Of a stretch of DNA of 64,000 nt, positions 1-10,089 are shown piece after piece; position 1 is the stretch's first letter, and the number at the start of each line of letters is the position of its first letter. Both the position numbers and the translations under genes were made by a program. Location of the stretch: positions 2,048,001 to 2,112,000 of the forward strand of contig CBDBHB010000009.1 in NCBI GenBank assembly GCA_965205505.1. Reading direction: 5' to 3'. The notes below the pieces were generated by a model. That model was not told the origin of the DNA and did no database searches. It was given only the letters and a program-made list of their open reading frames with translations. This DNA comes from Acidobacteriota bacterium. Its GTDB lineage: Bacteria > Acidobacteriota > UBA890 > WLXD01.

Positions 1-692
1 GCCGATGTGCCGCGCGTCGAAAAGTTGACTCCGGCGCGTGCTCAGCTGCTCAAGAAGCGCGAGGTCGAGGAGGCGTTCGACTGGCCGGCGATCACGGCCG
101 CCGTGCGCCTCCTGTCGCCGGGGTTCCTGTCGTCGTGGTCGGGGTTCGGCTTCGACTGGATCGTCTCTGACACGCAGGAGGGGAAGGTGGAGTCGTACGT
201 GCGACTCATCGAAGGGAGGTACGAGCGTAAGCCTGGGGAGCGCGGACCTGGGCGGATACTTTGAGAAAGAGGAGGAGTGAGATGCTGACGGGGGAGGAGA
301 TCAAGGTGGCGCGGACGGCGACCAGCTCGCCGGTACTTGGAAACGCCTTGAAAACCCTGCCAGGCGGGCGTTTCAGCAGATCGTATTCCCCGAGGGGGTG
401 CCGGTGAGAGCAGGCATCTGTTTGAAACCGACTAACTCCCCAATCTTCAGCACGTTACGACCGATCTCGACAGGCGAATCTCATAAGGTAGCCTTTCTGT
501 CAGCGAATTTGAAACCGTTCACCGGGGCATTGATGGATCTCGTCCGAGCCGTCGCGTGATCGGAAGACACATCTCTGCGGCCGAGAGTGTGACCGGAGGG
601 CACAAAGGTGTGCGCCAACTCACTGACCGCAAGGAGACGATGAATCAACAGAGGACGACGAGGTCAGACTGGATCAGCAGCAGACCTCATGG

Positions 693-1199
693 ATGACGCC
701 GACCCCATGGATGACTCGTGATATGAAGCTCACATGTACCGCCAAATCGAAGCGATCTGGTGAGCGTTGTCGCCGAGCGCCGATCCGAGGCGGGACGGTT
801 TGCAATATGCACGGCGGCCGTGCGCCCCAAGTTTTGCGGTCGGCGCGGGAGCGCCTGGACGCTCTCCTGGACCCTGCGCTCGACGGGGTTGCATCCGCCC
901 TCGAATCTGACGACCTCCGGGATGTCATTAAGGCTGCCCAGCTGGTGTTGGATCGGTGTGGCTATCGACCGGTGTCCATGCTGGAGGTGGCGTACCTCAA
1001 CGAGGAGATAGGCATGCGGGTCGTGACGATCATCGAGCGCGTGTGCGAGGGGCTCGATATTCCTATCCACCAGTCCGAGGTCCGAAGGATCGTGGGAGTA
1101 GCGATCGCCCGCGAGGCCGAAGCGCACCAGAATCGGAAGATGACACCGATGGCTCCACCAATCAAGCCTCGCCGTCCGGCCCACGGTCCGCAAACGTAG
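693..1199 (+). CDS. HGGxSTG-like domain protein (phage/satellite, small-terminase-like)
   Basis: CTAKSKRSGERC...CNMHGG motif typical of HGGxSTG proteins of prophage-like elements; true start may be slightly downstream. Confidence 0.6.
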   Translation: MTPTPWMTRDMKLTCTAKSKRSGERCRRAPIRGGTVCNMHGGRAPQVLRSARERLDALLDPALDGVASALESDDLRDVIKAAQLVLDRCGYRPVSMLEVAYLNEEIGMRVVTIIERVCEGLDIPIHQSEVRRIVGVAIAREAEAHQNRKMTPMAPPIKPRRPAHGPQT

Positions 1200-1225
1200 T
1201 CACCCCGATCACTGGGTGGGGCCAG

Positions 1226-1297
1226 GACGACAAGCCAACGGATGATCCAGAGGAGAAGCGCTCGGCCGACGATGACAAACGGGAACGAGAGGACGAA
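1226..1297 (+). pseudogene. Fragment of the small ORF that follows TerL in the other element copies
   Basis: Reads DDKPTDDPEEKRSADDDKREREDE, matching 34621-34797 (DDPEEKRSADDGQHERDDE) and 10797-10979. Confidence 0.6.
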
Positions 1298-1359
1298 GAG
1301 GAGTACCCGACGTGCGTTACAAAGTGTGCTCAGGACCACCATATCGGGCGAGGTGAGCG

Positions 1360-1836
1360 ATGGACCTTGAGCAGCGAGTGGAGCGGCTGGAGCGAGAGAA
1401 CAGGCGGCTGAAGCTCGTGGCCGCGGCTGTGGTGGCGGCGGTCGTTACCGCACTGACAGCGTTGCTTGCGTGGCAGGCTTTCAGGCCGCCGGGGAGTGCG
1501 GCAGAAGGTAGCGGTTCGCGCGTGGTCTTGGTTTGTAGGTGGTGGGGGCCGACGACCATGTCCGATCGTGTTGTTGATTCGTTCGTCATTGACTTCGACA
1601 GGTCCGAGGTCTATTCGTCTGAGCAGGACGAGACGTACCCGCTTGCGGAAGTAACCGAGGGTCGACTTCGGTTCACTATCGTCAGGCCCGAGCTTCGAAT
1701 GCGCGGCGGCATCGAACGAGATGTCGAACTGCGGTACTCGATCAACCGCGTGACCGGTGAGATGGACATCGAGAACCGGGACTTGTTTCTTACGGAGAAG
1801 CGTTGTGTTCGCGCCGGGAGTGACTTCACGCTTTAG
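1360..1836 (+). CDS. Hypothetical membrane-anchored protein
   Basis: GAGGTG RBS; N-terminal coiled coil (LEQRVERLERENRRLK) followed by a hydrophobic TM helix. Confidence 0.6.
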   Translation: MDLEQRVERLERENRRLKLVAAAVVAAVVTALTALLAWQAFRPPGSAAEGSGSRVVLVCRWWGPTTMSDRVVDSFVIDFDRSEVYSSEQDETYPLAEVTEGRLRFTIVRPELRMRGGIERDVELRYSINRVTGEMDIENRDLFLTEKRCVRAGSDFTL

Positions 1837-1867
1837 GCGTATCGCGCACCCAGTAGACACGCCTTCG

Positions 1868-2212
1868 CTACCTCAGGTCGTAGTAGCGGAGCAGCGCCTG
1901 GCTTATCAGTTTTGACGCTGCCGATGTACCCACCTTCCAGGCTCCTGTCGCGGCCTTTTGACCATCCTCGCTATCCAGGCTGCCACCCGAGGACCGAAGG
2001 TATCGGGCGTCGCTGGATGAGGATCATCCTTCAGCGCGCTTTCTAGTTCGGCAAGGTCATCCGGTTCGACATCGAGCACCGAGCTGAGATAGCTCGTCAG
2101 AGTGCCGAGATCCGCCGGGACAATGTAAGCGGTTACATTTTGGCGGACCTCTGAGCTTCCGACAGCTACTGCGGTGCTGCCCATGATCGTCGTGTTGAAG
2201 ATCTGCTCCACG
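1868..2212 (-). pseudogene. C-terminal fragment of an AbiTii-domain-like protein, frameshifted
   Basis: FGPRVAAWIARMVK, then after a frameshift AATGAWKVGTSAASKLISQALLRYYDLR*; resembles the C-tail of AbiTii-domain proteins; 5' end replaced by the IS6 remnant. Confidence 0.45.
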
Positions 2213-2214
2213 CC

Positions 2215-2551
2215 TGCAGCCCACCGCTCGGTCATGCCATCAGTCGTTCACGAGACCAGGCGCTATGCGAACAACCTAGCGGAGGTGTCGCACCAACCAA
2301 GTCGGCAACGCGAGAGACAGATGCGCAGATTCAAGTCCGTGGCTCAGGCACAGCGGTTTCTGTCCGTGCACGGGGCCGTCCGGAATCTCTTCAACTTGAG
2401 CCGACACCGACTACGATCCGCGAACTACCGGGTGCTTCGGACTCGCGCCTTTGGAACCTGGAGCGAGGTAGTTACCGCCTAAGGCGACCCGGCTCCAGGC
2501 CGCCCGCAGCTTGCCCGAATCCGAGCGTCGCGTCATTAACTTGACAGTACC
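2215..2551 (+). mobile_element. IS6-family 3' remnant (transposase C-terminus and right IR)
   Basis: NNLAEVSHQPSRQRERQMRRFKS is an IS6 Tpase C-terminal motif; AACTTGACAGTACC ends at 2551 (reverse complement GGTACTGTCAAGTT). Confidence 0.85.
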
Positions 2552-2588
2552 CTTCGGGCACTTGGCTACATCCAGTGAGTTGAAGAGG

Positions 2589-2727
2589 ATGATCGGCAAG
2601 ACGCTAGGCCACTACGAGATCCTCGCCCCGCTCGGTGCAGGCGGCATGGGTGCGGTGTACTGACCACGCGATGCGACGCTGGATCGTGATGTAGTTATCG
2701 AGGTCGTGGCGGAAGACTTCGCCAGCG
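2589..2727 (+). pseudogene. Ser/Thr kinase 5' stub with internal stop
   Basis: MIGKTLGHYEILAPLGAGGMGAVY*PRDATLDRDVVIEVVAEDFAS, a close paralog of the start of 6913-8247. Confidence 0.85.
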
Positions 2728-2751
2728 CCTCGTTCATGAACAGCCGGATGC

Positions 2752-3996
2752 TTATTGTTTCAAGTCATCGAGTACGCGCGCTCGCACCGACGCCTCCTGC
2801 TGCTTCTGCTCCAGGTGTTCGCGTGCCTCCCGTTCACGCCTTTGTGCTGCTTGTTCTACCTGCTTCGCGTAGCTGTCGTTCGCGAGATTCACGTATTCCT
2901 CGAACATACGCAGGTGAGCTTGAGCGCTGCTCTCCTGGGCCGGGAACCACGCCCGGCTTCCAGAGAACTGGCAGTTGTCAGGCTGCATCCCCATCGTGTT
3001 GATTCTGTAGCCGCCGCGCATGGTCCTCAGGCAGTCGATCCACTGCCGACTCGGCTCTCGGTTCAGCTCAACTGTCAGCTTTCCTTGCTCATAATCCACA
3101 GCACCGGTCACCTGTATCGGCTCGCCGATCAAGGACTTATCGGGGGTGGCCTCGGGGACTACTTGCCGTTTGGCCTCATCGAACTTCTGGCGTGCTACGA
3201 AGGCGTTTCGGTGACCGAGCAGCGCCTTCTTGACACCGTCGATCGTTGGGCGCGAGTTTGGGTCCTGGCGGCGCATACATTCGGCAATCTCGTCGAGGTA
3301 AGCGAGATCCGGATGAGCTTGCGCGATGCTCCGGGGGGCAGTCCCCTGCAGGATCTCACCGGTCAGCATCTCCGTCAGCATCAGTCCTAGCGCAAGTACG
3401 TCGGCGGGCAATCCGACTTCCGCGCCCTTCACCCGCTGTTCAGGAGCCGCGTACTGAAAGTTGGCGAGACGTGTCCCGGGCTTGGTTTCCACGTCGGTCG
3501 CCTGCTGATCGGCAGCAAACCGGGCGATGCCGAAATCAGCGACGATTGGCGTCTCCCCCTGACACAGCACGTTCTTCGGCTTCAAGTCTCGGTGAGAGAT
3601 TCCTTGGAGGTGGGCTGCTTCGACGCTGTCGAGAAGCTTGGAGAACAAGCGCAGGGCCGCGTCGGAAGCAAGCCCCTCCTGCATGGCATCGTCTAACGTG
3701 CGCTCGTAGAGCGGCATCACGTAGAAAGGGCATTTCGTCGCGTTGTCCTCGATGAACCCGCTGTCGAGGACCTTCACTATGCCGGGATGCTCGCACTTGG
3801 CACAGAACTCAAGTTCGTTCTTGAAGCGCTTGCGTCGCTCCGTCGTGATTCCATCGGGAGCCAGGCACTTGATCGCAACTTCTTGATCGTCGTCAGAGCG
3901 TGCCATGTAGACGATACCGGCACCTCCTTCCCCGAGGATTCCCGTGGCCTCGTAGGTTGCGAACGCAGTTTCGAACTTCTTCGGTAATCGACTAAT
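2752..3996 (-). CDS. Stand-alone Ser/Thr protein kinase, no TM or propeller, possible ATT start
   Basis: VAIK, HRDLKPKN, DFG and YAAPE motifs; the Gly loop LGEGGAGIVY lies in frame upstream of the first ATG (3906). Confidence 0.85.
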   Translation of the reverse strand: MSRLPKKFETAFATYEATGILGEGGAGIVYMARSDDDQEVAIKCLAPDGITTERRKRFKNELEFCAKCEHPGIVKVLDSGFIEDNATKCPFYVMPLYERTLDDAMQEGLASDAALRLFSKLLDSVEAAHLQGISHRDLKPKNVLCQGETPIVADFGIARFAADQQATDVETKPGTRLANFQYAAPEQRVKGAEVGLPADVLALGLMLTEMLTGEILQGTAPRSIAQAHPDLAYLDEIAECMRRQDPNSRPTIDGVKKALLGHRNAFVARQKFDEAKRQVVPEATPDKSLIGEPIQVTGAVDYEQGKLTVELNREPSRQWIDCLRTMRGGYRINTMGMQPDNCQFSGSRAWFPAQESSAQAHLRMFEEYVNLANDSYAKQVEQAAQRREREAREHLEQKQQEASVRARVLDDLKQ

Positions 3997-4117
3997 GGCT
4001 GGGCCACCCCGTCGCCTACATGAACTTGCGGCGCTTGAAGGTCGCCACGTCGGTGCTGCTCAACTCAAACCACCACTGTGATCGGAGGCTGCGGTAACTA
4101 CAAGGAGGTGCCTCCCG

Positions 4118-4146
4118 TGGACCCTCGCCCGCCCTGGCGATAGGCT
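4118..4146 (+). promoter_or_regulatory. Conserved kinase-family sigma70-like promoter, copy 1
   Basis: TGGACC-N17-TAGGCT upstream of the kinase ATG; shared with four other copies. Confidence 0.5.
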
Positions 4147-4179
4147 TCAGGCGCTCACCCACCCTGCCTCCGGAGCGCC

Positions 4180-6822
4180 ATGGAGCCCGGCACCCGATTA
4201 GGCCACTACGAGATCACCGAGCAGCTCGGTGCTGGCGGCATGGGCGAGGTGTACCTGGCGCAGGACACACGCCTGGGCCGCAAGGTGGCCATCAAGGTAC
4301 TGCCCGTCGAGTTCGCCTCTGATCCCGAGCGCCTCGCCCGCTTCGAGCAGGAGGCTCGTGCTGCCGCCGCACTGAACCACCCGTACATCGCAGCCGTTCA
4401 TGACGTGGGCGTCGAGGACGGCACGCACTTCATGGTGCAGGAGTACCTGGAGGGGGAGACGCTCCGCGAACCGTTAGGCAAGGGTGCGCTACCGCTCAAG
4501 AAGGCGCTCGGCTTGGCCACCGAGATCGCCGAGGCACTCGCTGCGGCACACGCCGCCGGGATCATCCACCGGGATCTGAAGCCGGAGAACATCTTCGTCA
4601 CCAAAGAGGGCCACGCCAAGGTGCTGGACTTCGGCCTGGCGAAGCTTACCGAGGTGGCGGGGGCAGGCTCACCGGGCGGTGCAACGCAGTCACCCACGAT
4701 GATGGGCACGGTGGCCGGTCAGGTGATGGGTACTGCCGGCTACATGGCCCCGGAGCAGGTAGAGGGCTCCGAGGAGATCGATCATCGGGCCGACCTGTTC
4801 GCTTTTGGCTGCGTGCTCTACGAGATGGTGGGCGGTAGGCGGCCCTTTGCCGGCACCAACGTGCACGAGACCCTGGGGCGCATCGTCGACAAGGATCCTG
4901 AGCCGCTGGCGGCGATCGACGCGCGCTTGCCCGTCGAAGTGCAGCGGATCGCCAAGAAGTGCCTGGCCAAGGAACCGGGACGGCGTTACCAGGGTGCAGC
5001 TGAGCTGGTCATTGACTTGCGGGCACTCGGAGCCGATGTCGAGTCGGGCACGGCCGTGCCGCTGGGCGGCCAGCCGGTTGTCGCTCCTGTCGCCGTGGAA
5101 ACGACGCGCGGCATCCCGTGGAAGCTGGGCGTCCCTGTGGGTGCCGCGCTCATGCTGGTGGCGGTTGCCACCTGGTGGACAATGCGACCGGAGCCCGGAA
5201 GCACCATCCGCCTGCAGCTCGACCCCCTCGTCGACACGATCATGAGTCGGTTCGGCTCCGCAGTCGCGTTATCGCCCGATGGACGGCACGTTGCCTACGT
5301 GGAGGGTGATCCGGCGTTAAGGACAGCGCTCCACCTTCGCGCTCTCGACCAGCAGAACTCGACGACGGTCGCGTCGGGGGACCTGGAGACAGGCGCTCCG
5401 TACCAGCCCTTCTTCTCGTCCGACGGACAATGGGTCGGGTTCGTCACGGCGACGGAGCTGAAAAAGGCGTCCATCACCGGAGGTACCGCCCAGTCGATCG
5501 CTGAGGTGAACCTGAGTCGAGGTGCGGACTGGGGTCCCGAAGATACGATCGTCTACACACCGAGTCCGACGAGCGGTTTGCTTCTGGTGTCGGCTGTCGA
5601 AGGCGATCCGCGACCCCTCACCGAGCTTGCCGAAGGCGAGTTCAGCCACCGCTGGCCCCAGTTTTTACCCGGCGGAAAGGCGGTGCTCTTCACGTCGGCC
5701 GGGACCAGAAGCTTCGACGGTGCCAACCTCGAGGTCGTGGATCTCGAGACCGGCGATCGCCAGGTCGTGCACCGGGGCGGCACCTACGGCCGATACGTGC
5801 CGACGGGCCACCTCGTGTATTCGAACGCCGGAGCGTTGTTCGCGGTGCCCTTCGACCTCGATACCCTCGAGACGACCAGCTCGCCGATACCCGTCGTCGA
5901 GAACCTCGCCGCCGGCCGTGATGGCGGGGTCTCGTTCGACTTCTCCGAGACCGGGATGCTCGTCTATCACATGGTCTATCACATGAGGAGTGGTGGCGAT
6001 TCGGGCGCATCCCAACTTGCCTGGGTGGATCGTAACGGCCAAGTCGAGCTGCTGCCCTTCGACCCGGGTTCGTCTCAGGGCTTGAACTTCTCGCCGGACG
6101 GGCAGCGCATCGCGCTCTCGATCCTGGGAGATGGTGGCCAGATGAACATCTGGATCTATGAGGTCGAACGAGGAGGCAGCCAGGTGCTGCTGACCACGGA
6201 GGGCAGCAACCTAATGCCCGTTTGGTCGCCCGATGGAGAGTGGGTGTTCTTCGCGTCGAATCGGGGTGGCAATTTCGACATCTGGAAGCGCCGGGCTGAC
6301 CAGAGTCTCGAAGTCGAACTGGTGTTGGAAGCAGAGGTTGCCGTGTCTCCAACGTCGATCTCGGCGGACGGTGCGCTGCTGTTTGCCAGCGGGTTCGTCA
6401 GCACGAACGCCGACGTGGGGATACTGGCTCTTGATACAAAGGAGTGGGAAATGCTCGTCGCTACCGCCGCCGATGAGCGTTGGGCCAGTTTCTCGCCGGA
6501 CGGTCGCTTCTTTGCCTTCCAGTCGAACGAGACGGGGCAATCCGGGGTGAACGTGCGGGAGGTGTCGAGTGGTCGGACATTTCCGGTCTCTACGAGTACC
6601 CGTGGTGGTGCCGTCCCTCGGTGGTCGCGGGATGGAAGGGAGATTTACTACTATGCCGTCGCCGGAGGCCCAGGCATCCTCGTTGCGGAAGTGGAAATGG
6701 AGCCGTTTTCCGCATCCGATCCTGTCGAACTTTCCGACATCGTCAAGCAGGGCCTGACTAACTTCGATGTCACTGCCGATGGCCAGAAGTTCTTGGTGAT
6801 TGTGCCCGCTCGTAGGGGGTGA
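4180..6822 (+). CDS. Ser/Thr kinase with TM helix and TolB-like/PD40 beta-propeller; native C-terminus frameshifted (runs to 6913)
   Basis: [21 protein letters not shown] and APE motifs; TM segment; SPDG repeats; family tail LNWFEELKQRVP lies in the +1 frame. Confidence 0.92.
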   Translation: MEPGTRLGHYEITEQLGAGGMGEVYLAQDTRLGRKVAIKVLPVEFASDPERLARFEQEARAAAALNHPYIAAVHDVGVEDGTHFMVQEYLEGETLREPLGKGALPLKKALGLATEIAEALAAAHAAGIIHRDLKPENIFVTKEGHAKVLDFGLAKLTEVAGAGSPGGATQSPTMMGTVAGQVMGTAGYMAPEQVEGSEEIDHRADLFAFGCVLYEMVGGRRPFAGTNVHETLGRIVDKDPEPLAAIDARLPVEVQRIAKKCLAKEPGRRYQGAAELVIDLRALGADVESGTAVPLGGQPVVAPVAVETTRGIPWKLGVPVGAALMLVAVATWWTMRPEPGSTIRLQLDPLVDTIMSRFGSAVALSPDGRHVAYVEGDPALRTALHLRALDQQNSTTVASGDLETGAPYQPFFSSDGQWVGFVTATELKKASITGGTAQSIAEVNLSRGADWGPEDTIVYTPSPTSGLLLVSAVEGDPRPLTELAEGEFSHRWPQFLPGGKAVLFTSAGTRSFDGANLEVVDLETGDRQVVHRGGTYGRYVPTGHLVYSNAGALFAVPFDLDTLETTSSPIPVVENLAAGRDGGVSFDFSETGMLVYHMVYHMRSGGDSGASQLAWVDRNGQVELLPFDPGSSQGLNFSPDGQRIALSILGDGGQMNIWIYEVERGGSQVLLTTEGSNLMPVWSPDGEWVFFASNRGGNFDIWKRRADQSLEVELVLEAEVAVSPTSISADGALLFASGFVSTNADVGILALDTKEWEMLVATAADERWASFSPDGRFFAFQSNETGQSGVNVREVSSGRTFPVSTSTRGGAVPRWSRDGREIYYYAVAGGPGILVAEVEMEPFSASDPVELSDIVKQGLTNFDVTADGQKFLVIVPARRG

Positions 6823-6912
6823 CCCTTCGGATACGGCTCCCGGCGCACGCATCAACTTCATCCTCAACTGGTTCGAGGAGCTGAAACAGCGCGTACCTAC
6901 GAACGGCTCCTG

Positions 6913-8247
6913 ATGGTCGGCAAGACGCTCGGCCACTACGAGATCCTCGCCCCGCTAGGTGAAGGCGGGATGGGCCAGGTGTATCGAGCACGCGATACGA
7001 CGCTGGATCGTGATGTCGCTATCAAGGTGCTGCCCGAGGATTTCGCCAGCGACGCGGGTCGGTTGGCGCGCTTCGAGCGCGAAGCAAAGCTGCTCGCTTC
7101 GCTGAGCCATCCCAACATCGCCACGATCTTCGGCTTCGAGGAATCGGATGGGGTGCGCTTCATCGCCATGGAGCTGGTGGAAGGCCAGAGCCTCGCCGAG
7201 CGCATCCAAGCTTCGGGTCGTATCGAGGTCGATGAGGCTCTGGAGATCGCCCGCCGGATCGCACTGGCGCTCGAAGCGGCTCATGAGGCCGGCGTCATCC
7301 ACCGTGACCTCAAGCCTGCCAACGTCCAGGTAGCACCCGATGGCACTGTGAAGGTGCTCGACTTCGGGCTGGCCAAAGCCTACGAAGCGGAAGGCAGTGA
7401 GCCGTCGTCCGACCTGAGCCACTCACCCACGATGATGGCTGCTACTGGCACCGGCGTGATCATGGGGACTGCTCCCTACATGAGCCCGGAGCAGGCGCGG
7501 GGTAAGCTCGTCGATAAGCGAAGCGACATCTGGTCGTTTGGGTGCGTGCTGTACGAGATGCTCGCCGGCAAGCGCGCCTTCGACGGCAGGACCGTCAGCG
7601 ACACGATGGCATCGATCCTCAAAGAGGAGCCGGATTGGACGGCTCTGCCGGAGACGACCTCCGCGATCATTCAGCTTCTGCTGCGGCAGTGCTTAGAGAA
7701 GGACGCTGATCGGCGACTCCACGACATCGCCGATGCGCGTATCGGTATCGTCAACACCATCGCCGATCCAGACGCGGATATCGCTCTGCTGGCTAGCTCT
7801 GTTGAGGCTGCGAAGCCGTCGTGGCGGCAAACCATCCCGACACCTGTGGCAGCCGGCCTTGGCCTCGCCATCGCAACAGCGACATTCCTCGCAGCCTGGG
7901 CCTCGATGGGCCAAGTATCGCCACCGTCAGTACCAACAATGCGCCTGGACGTGACGTTAACCAATCAGGATCTCTACCTCGGTCTTGGGTCAACACCCGT
8001 CTTGTCGCCGGATGGCTCGCACATCGCGTTCGTCACAGGAAACGCTAACGCTCAAAGCCAGCTGCACGTTCGCCTGCTCGCTCAGGCGGAGAGCACTCCC
8101 CTTCGTATCGGCGGTGTCTACGGGCCGTTCTTCTCCCCGGATGGCCAATGGGTGGGCTACTTCGATCTCCAGGAGGGGCTACAGAAAGTCTCTATCAGAG
8201 GCGGCGCACCCGTGCGGACGCCAAGACCGGTGACGGCTCCGGGCTGA
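6913..8247 (+). CDS. Ser/Thr kinase of the same family, truncated in the propeller at ~8212
   Basis: Complete kinase domain, TM and two SPDG repeats, then joined to a gltB fragment. Confidence 0.85.
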   Translation: MVGKTLGHYEILAPLGEGGMGQVYRARDTTLDRDVAIKVLPEDFASDAGRLARFEREAKLLASLSHPNIATIFGFEESDGVRFIAMELVEGQSLAERIQASGRIEVDEALEIARRIALALEAAHEAGVIHRDLKPANVQVAPDGTVKVLDFGLAKAYEAEGSEPSSDLSHSPTMMAATGTGVIMGTAPYMSPEQARGKLVDKRSDIWSFGCVLYEMLAGKRAFDGRTVSDTMASILKEEPDWTALPETTSAIIQLLLRQCLEKDADRRLHDIADARIGIVNTIADPDADIALLASSVEAAKPSWRQTIPTPVAAGLGLAIATATFLAAWASMGQVSPPSVPTMRLDVTLTNQDLYLGLGSTPVLSPDGSHIAFVTGNANAQSQLHVRLLAQAESTPLRIGGVYGPFFSPDGQWVGYFDLQEGLQKVSIRGGAPVRTPRPVTAPG

Positions 8248-8357
8248 TGCTCCAGGTTCCGAGCACGCTCTTTCGCCAGGAGTACGAGCATCTATCACGT
8301 TTGCGGGCGACGACCGGCCCCATCGGGGTCGGGATGCTGTTCCTGCCGCCTCGTAGC
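8213..8357 (+). repeat. 145-bp copy of an internal gltB segment (44667-44811)
   Basis: Direct comparison gives 5 mismatches in 145 bp. Confidence 0.95.
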
Positions 8358-8382
8358 TCGTGACCAGCGCACGGTCCTCGAC

Positions 8383-8847
8383 ATGGCTGGTCAGACCAGC
8401 CGCGAGGTTTCCTCGGCTCTCTCGATGAAGCTTCAACAAATGCGGGGCCCGTCTCAGGAAGAGTTCCGCGAGAACCTTGAGAAAGCAGCCGTGACTGAGA
8501 TCCTGCTAGCAGCCATGAGTCGCGGTACCGTCATGATGATCGACCTGAACTTCCAAGCTTATGAGGAAGCTGGGGTCGTACACGTCAGACCTACGATGGA
8601 AACTTGTCCTGGCACGTGCAGCGGTGGACGCAGCGCCATTGTCTACGGCGCCGGCCCAGCTATCCGAGACTATATGAATAGCATCGGCGCGGAAGCGGTG
8701 TTCGATGCTTCCCCGGAGCGAATGGCGCCATCGCTCGTCAACCGGGGAATCGACGCGGGAACGCCCGGCGCAGGCGGTCCTGTGGACGTTGTCCGCGTCA
8801 CGGGCGCGGGCATCGAATGGCTCACGGAACGGCCCGACTGTCCCTAA
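8383..8847 (+). CDS. Hypothetical protein, probably a 3' fragment; weak resemblance to an Ntn-hydrolase/proteasome-like C-terminus
   Basis: Ends GGPVDVVRVTGAGIEW; begins right after a fragment junction. Confidence 0.4.
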   Translation: MAGQTSREVSSALSMKLQQMRGPSQEEFRENLEKAAVTEILLAAMSRGTVMMIDLNFQAYEEAGVVHVRPTMETCPGTCSGGRSAIVYGAGPAIRDYMNSIGAEAVFDASPERMAPSLVNRGIDAGTPGAGGPVDVVRVTGAGIEWLTERPDCP

Positions 8848-8848
8848 T

Positions 8849-8904
8849 CCCCTCGCAAATCGCCCGGCTGCGCGCTTTGCTAGTGGTGGGAAGGAAATTG
8901 TTCC
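8849..8904 (+). repeat. Conserved ~56-bp motif, copy A
   Basis: CCCCTCGCAAATCGCCCGGCTGCG...TAGT.GT..GAAG.AA.TGTTCC, also at 9935 (+) and 56022 (-). Confidence 0.9.
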
Positions 8905-8974
8905 CTCTGTGTCCTCTTCCCGTGCTCCTCGGATTCGAAAAGAAAGCAAGGAGCCCGGTAAGTCGTCGCTGCGA

Positions 8975-9670
8975 CTAGTCAGAGCCGTCGCCTGTCTCCG
9001 GCATCTCGCGCTGGAACCGCCGATAGGTCGTCAGCCGGTTGGACTTGAGGGCCTCGAGCGCCGTGTCGAAGTCGTGCCGCTCGCTGGCGTCGAGGATCGC
9101 GTTGTGTTCGGCGATCGAGCGCGCCCAGTCACGCGGGTGGGTGATGAACGTCCACGTCTCCAGTCGTCGCACCGTCGCGCGCATGCTATCGAGCATCGTT
9201 TTGAGGTGCACGTTCTGTGACTGCTGCGAGAGGACCTGGTGGAAGCGGTCGTTCAGCTCGATGCCGGCCTCGAAATCGCTGCGACTAGCCGCTTCTGCAT
9301 AGGCGCGATTGATCGCGCGCAGCTCCTCGATGATCTCGGGCGAGAGTCGCCCAAAGGACTCACGGCCGGCAAGAACCTCGAGGGCAGCGAGAATCGGATA
9401 CAGCTCGACGAGGTCGGCGATCGATTCCTCCGGGACCCGGAAGCCGCGATGAGCGACCCGCTCCAGGAACCCCTCCGACGCCAGCCGTCCGAGCGCCTCA
9501 CGCACCGGCGTTCGGCTCACACCCAGCGCGTTGCTGATCTCCGGCTCGCGGACGAACTCTCCGGATGCCATCTTGCCGGCGAGCATGCGGTCGCGTAGCA
9601 GCCCATAGACCTGATCGGTGAGAGTCGCGGTTGTGATGCTGGGCCATGTCTTCGTGCCGACAACTTCCAT
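8975..9670 (-). CDS. GntR-family (FCD) transcriptional regulator
   Basis: LGVSRTPVREAL wHTH; FCD residues NDRFH and EH. Confidence 0.9.
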   Translation of the reverse strand: MEVVGTKTWPSITTATLTDQVYGLLRDRMLAGKMASGEFVREPEISNALGVSRTPVREALGRLASEGFLERVAHRGFRVPEESIADLVELYPILAALEVLAGRESFGRLSPEIIEELRAINRAYAEAASRSDFEAGIELNDRFHQVLSQQSQNVHLKTMLDSMRATVRRLETWTFITHPRDWARSIAEHNAILDASERHDFDTALEALKSNRLTTYRRFQREMPETGDGSD

Positions 9671-9934
9671 TCCATCCCCTGGCCGGGTGTGTCCGATCGC
9701 CTGCCCTGGCCGTGGCCGGAGCGTCGTGAGCAGAGACGCGATGCGTCTCGGATGCACCCGGGGACTCACCTCAGGCCGACCTGGATAATCTCTAGTACCC
9801 TGCACGGGAACTCTAGCATCGGCCAGCGCTACTGGCGCTCAAGTCCATAACTCTTGACCGAAACTCTGGGGCCCGGGCAGCGTGAAAGCCATTCGCTCCC
9901 AAGTCATCTCAGATTAATCAGGCTTGAGCACTCG

Positions 9935-9990
9935 CCCCCCTCGCAAATCGCCCGGCTGCGCTCTTTCTAGTAGTAGAAGAAATTTGTTCC
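9935..9990 (+). repeat. Conserved ~56-bp motif, copy B
   Basis: 24-nt core identical to copies A and C. Confidence 0.9.
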
Positions 9991-10089
9991 GCTTGGCCAC
10001 GGCTGCGCGCAAGCTCAAACGTGCCGCGGGTCGGGCCCTGCGCGCCAAAGGTAGTGCCCAACATGCTGCTTAGGCGACTTGCCCCTTCA

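Noticed and set aside
476-503. dif/XerCD-like site (GAATCTCATAA-GGTAGC-...)
   Set aside because: The right arm does not match the XerD consensus TTATGTTAAAT
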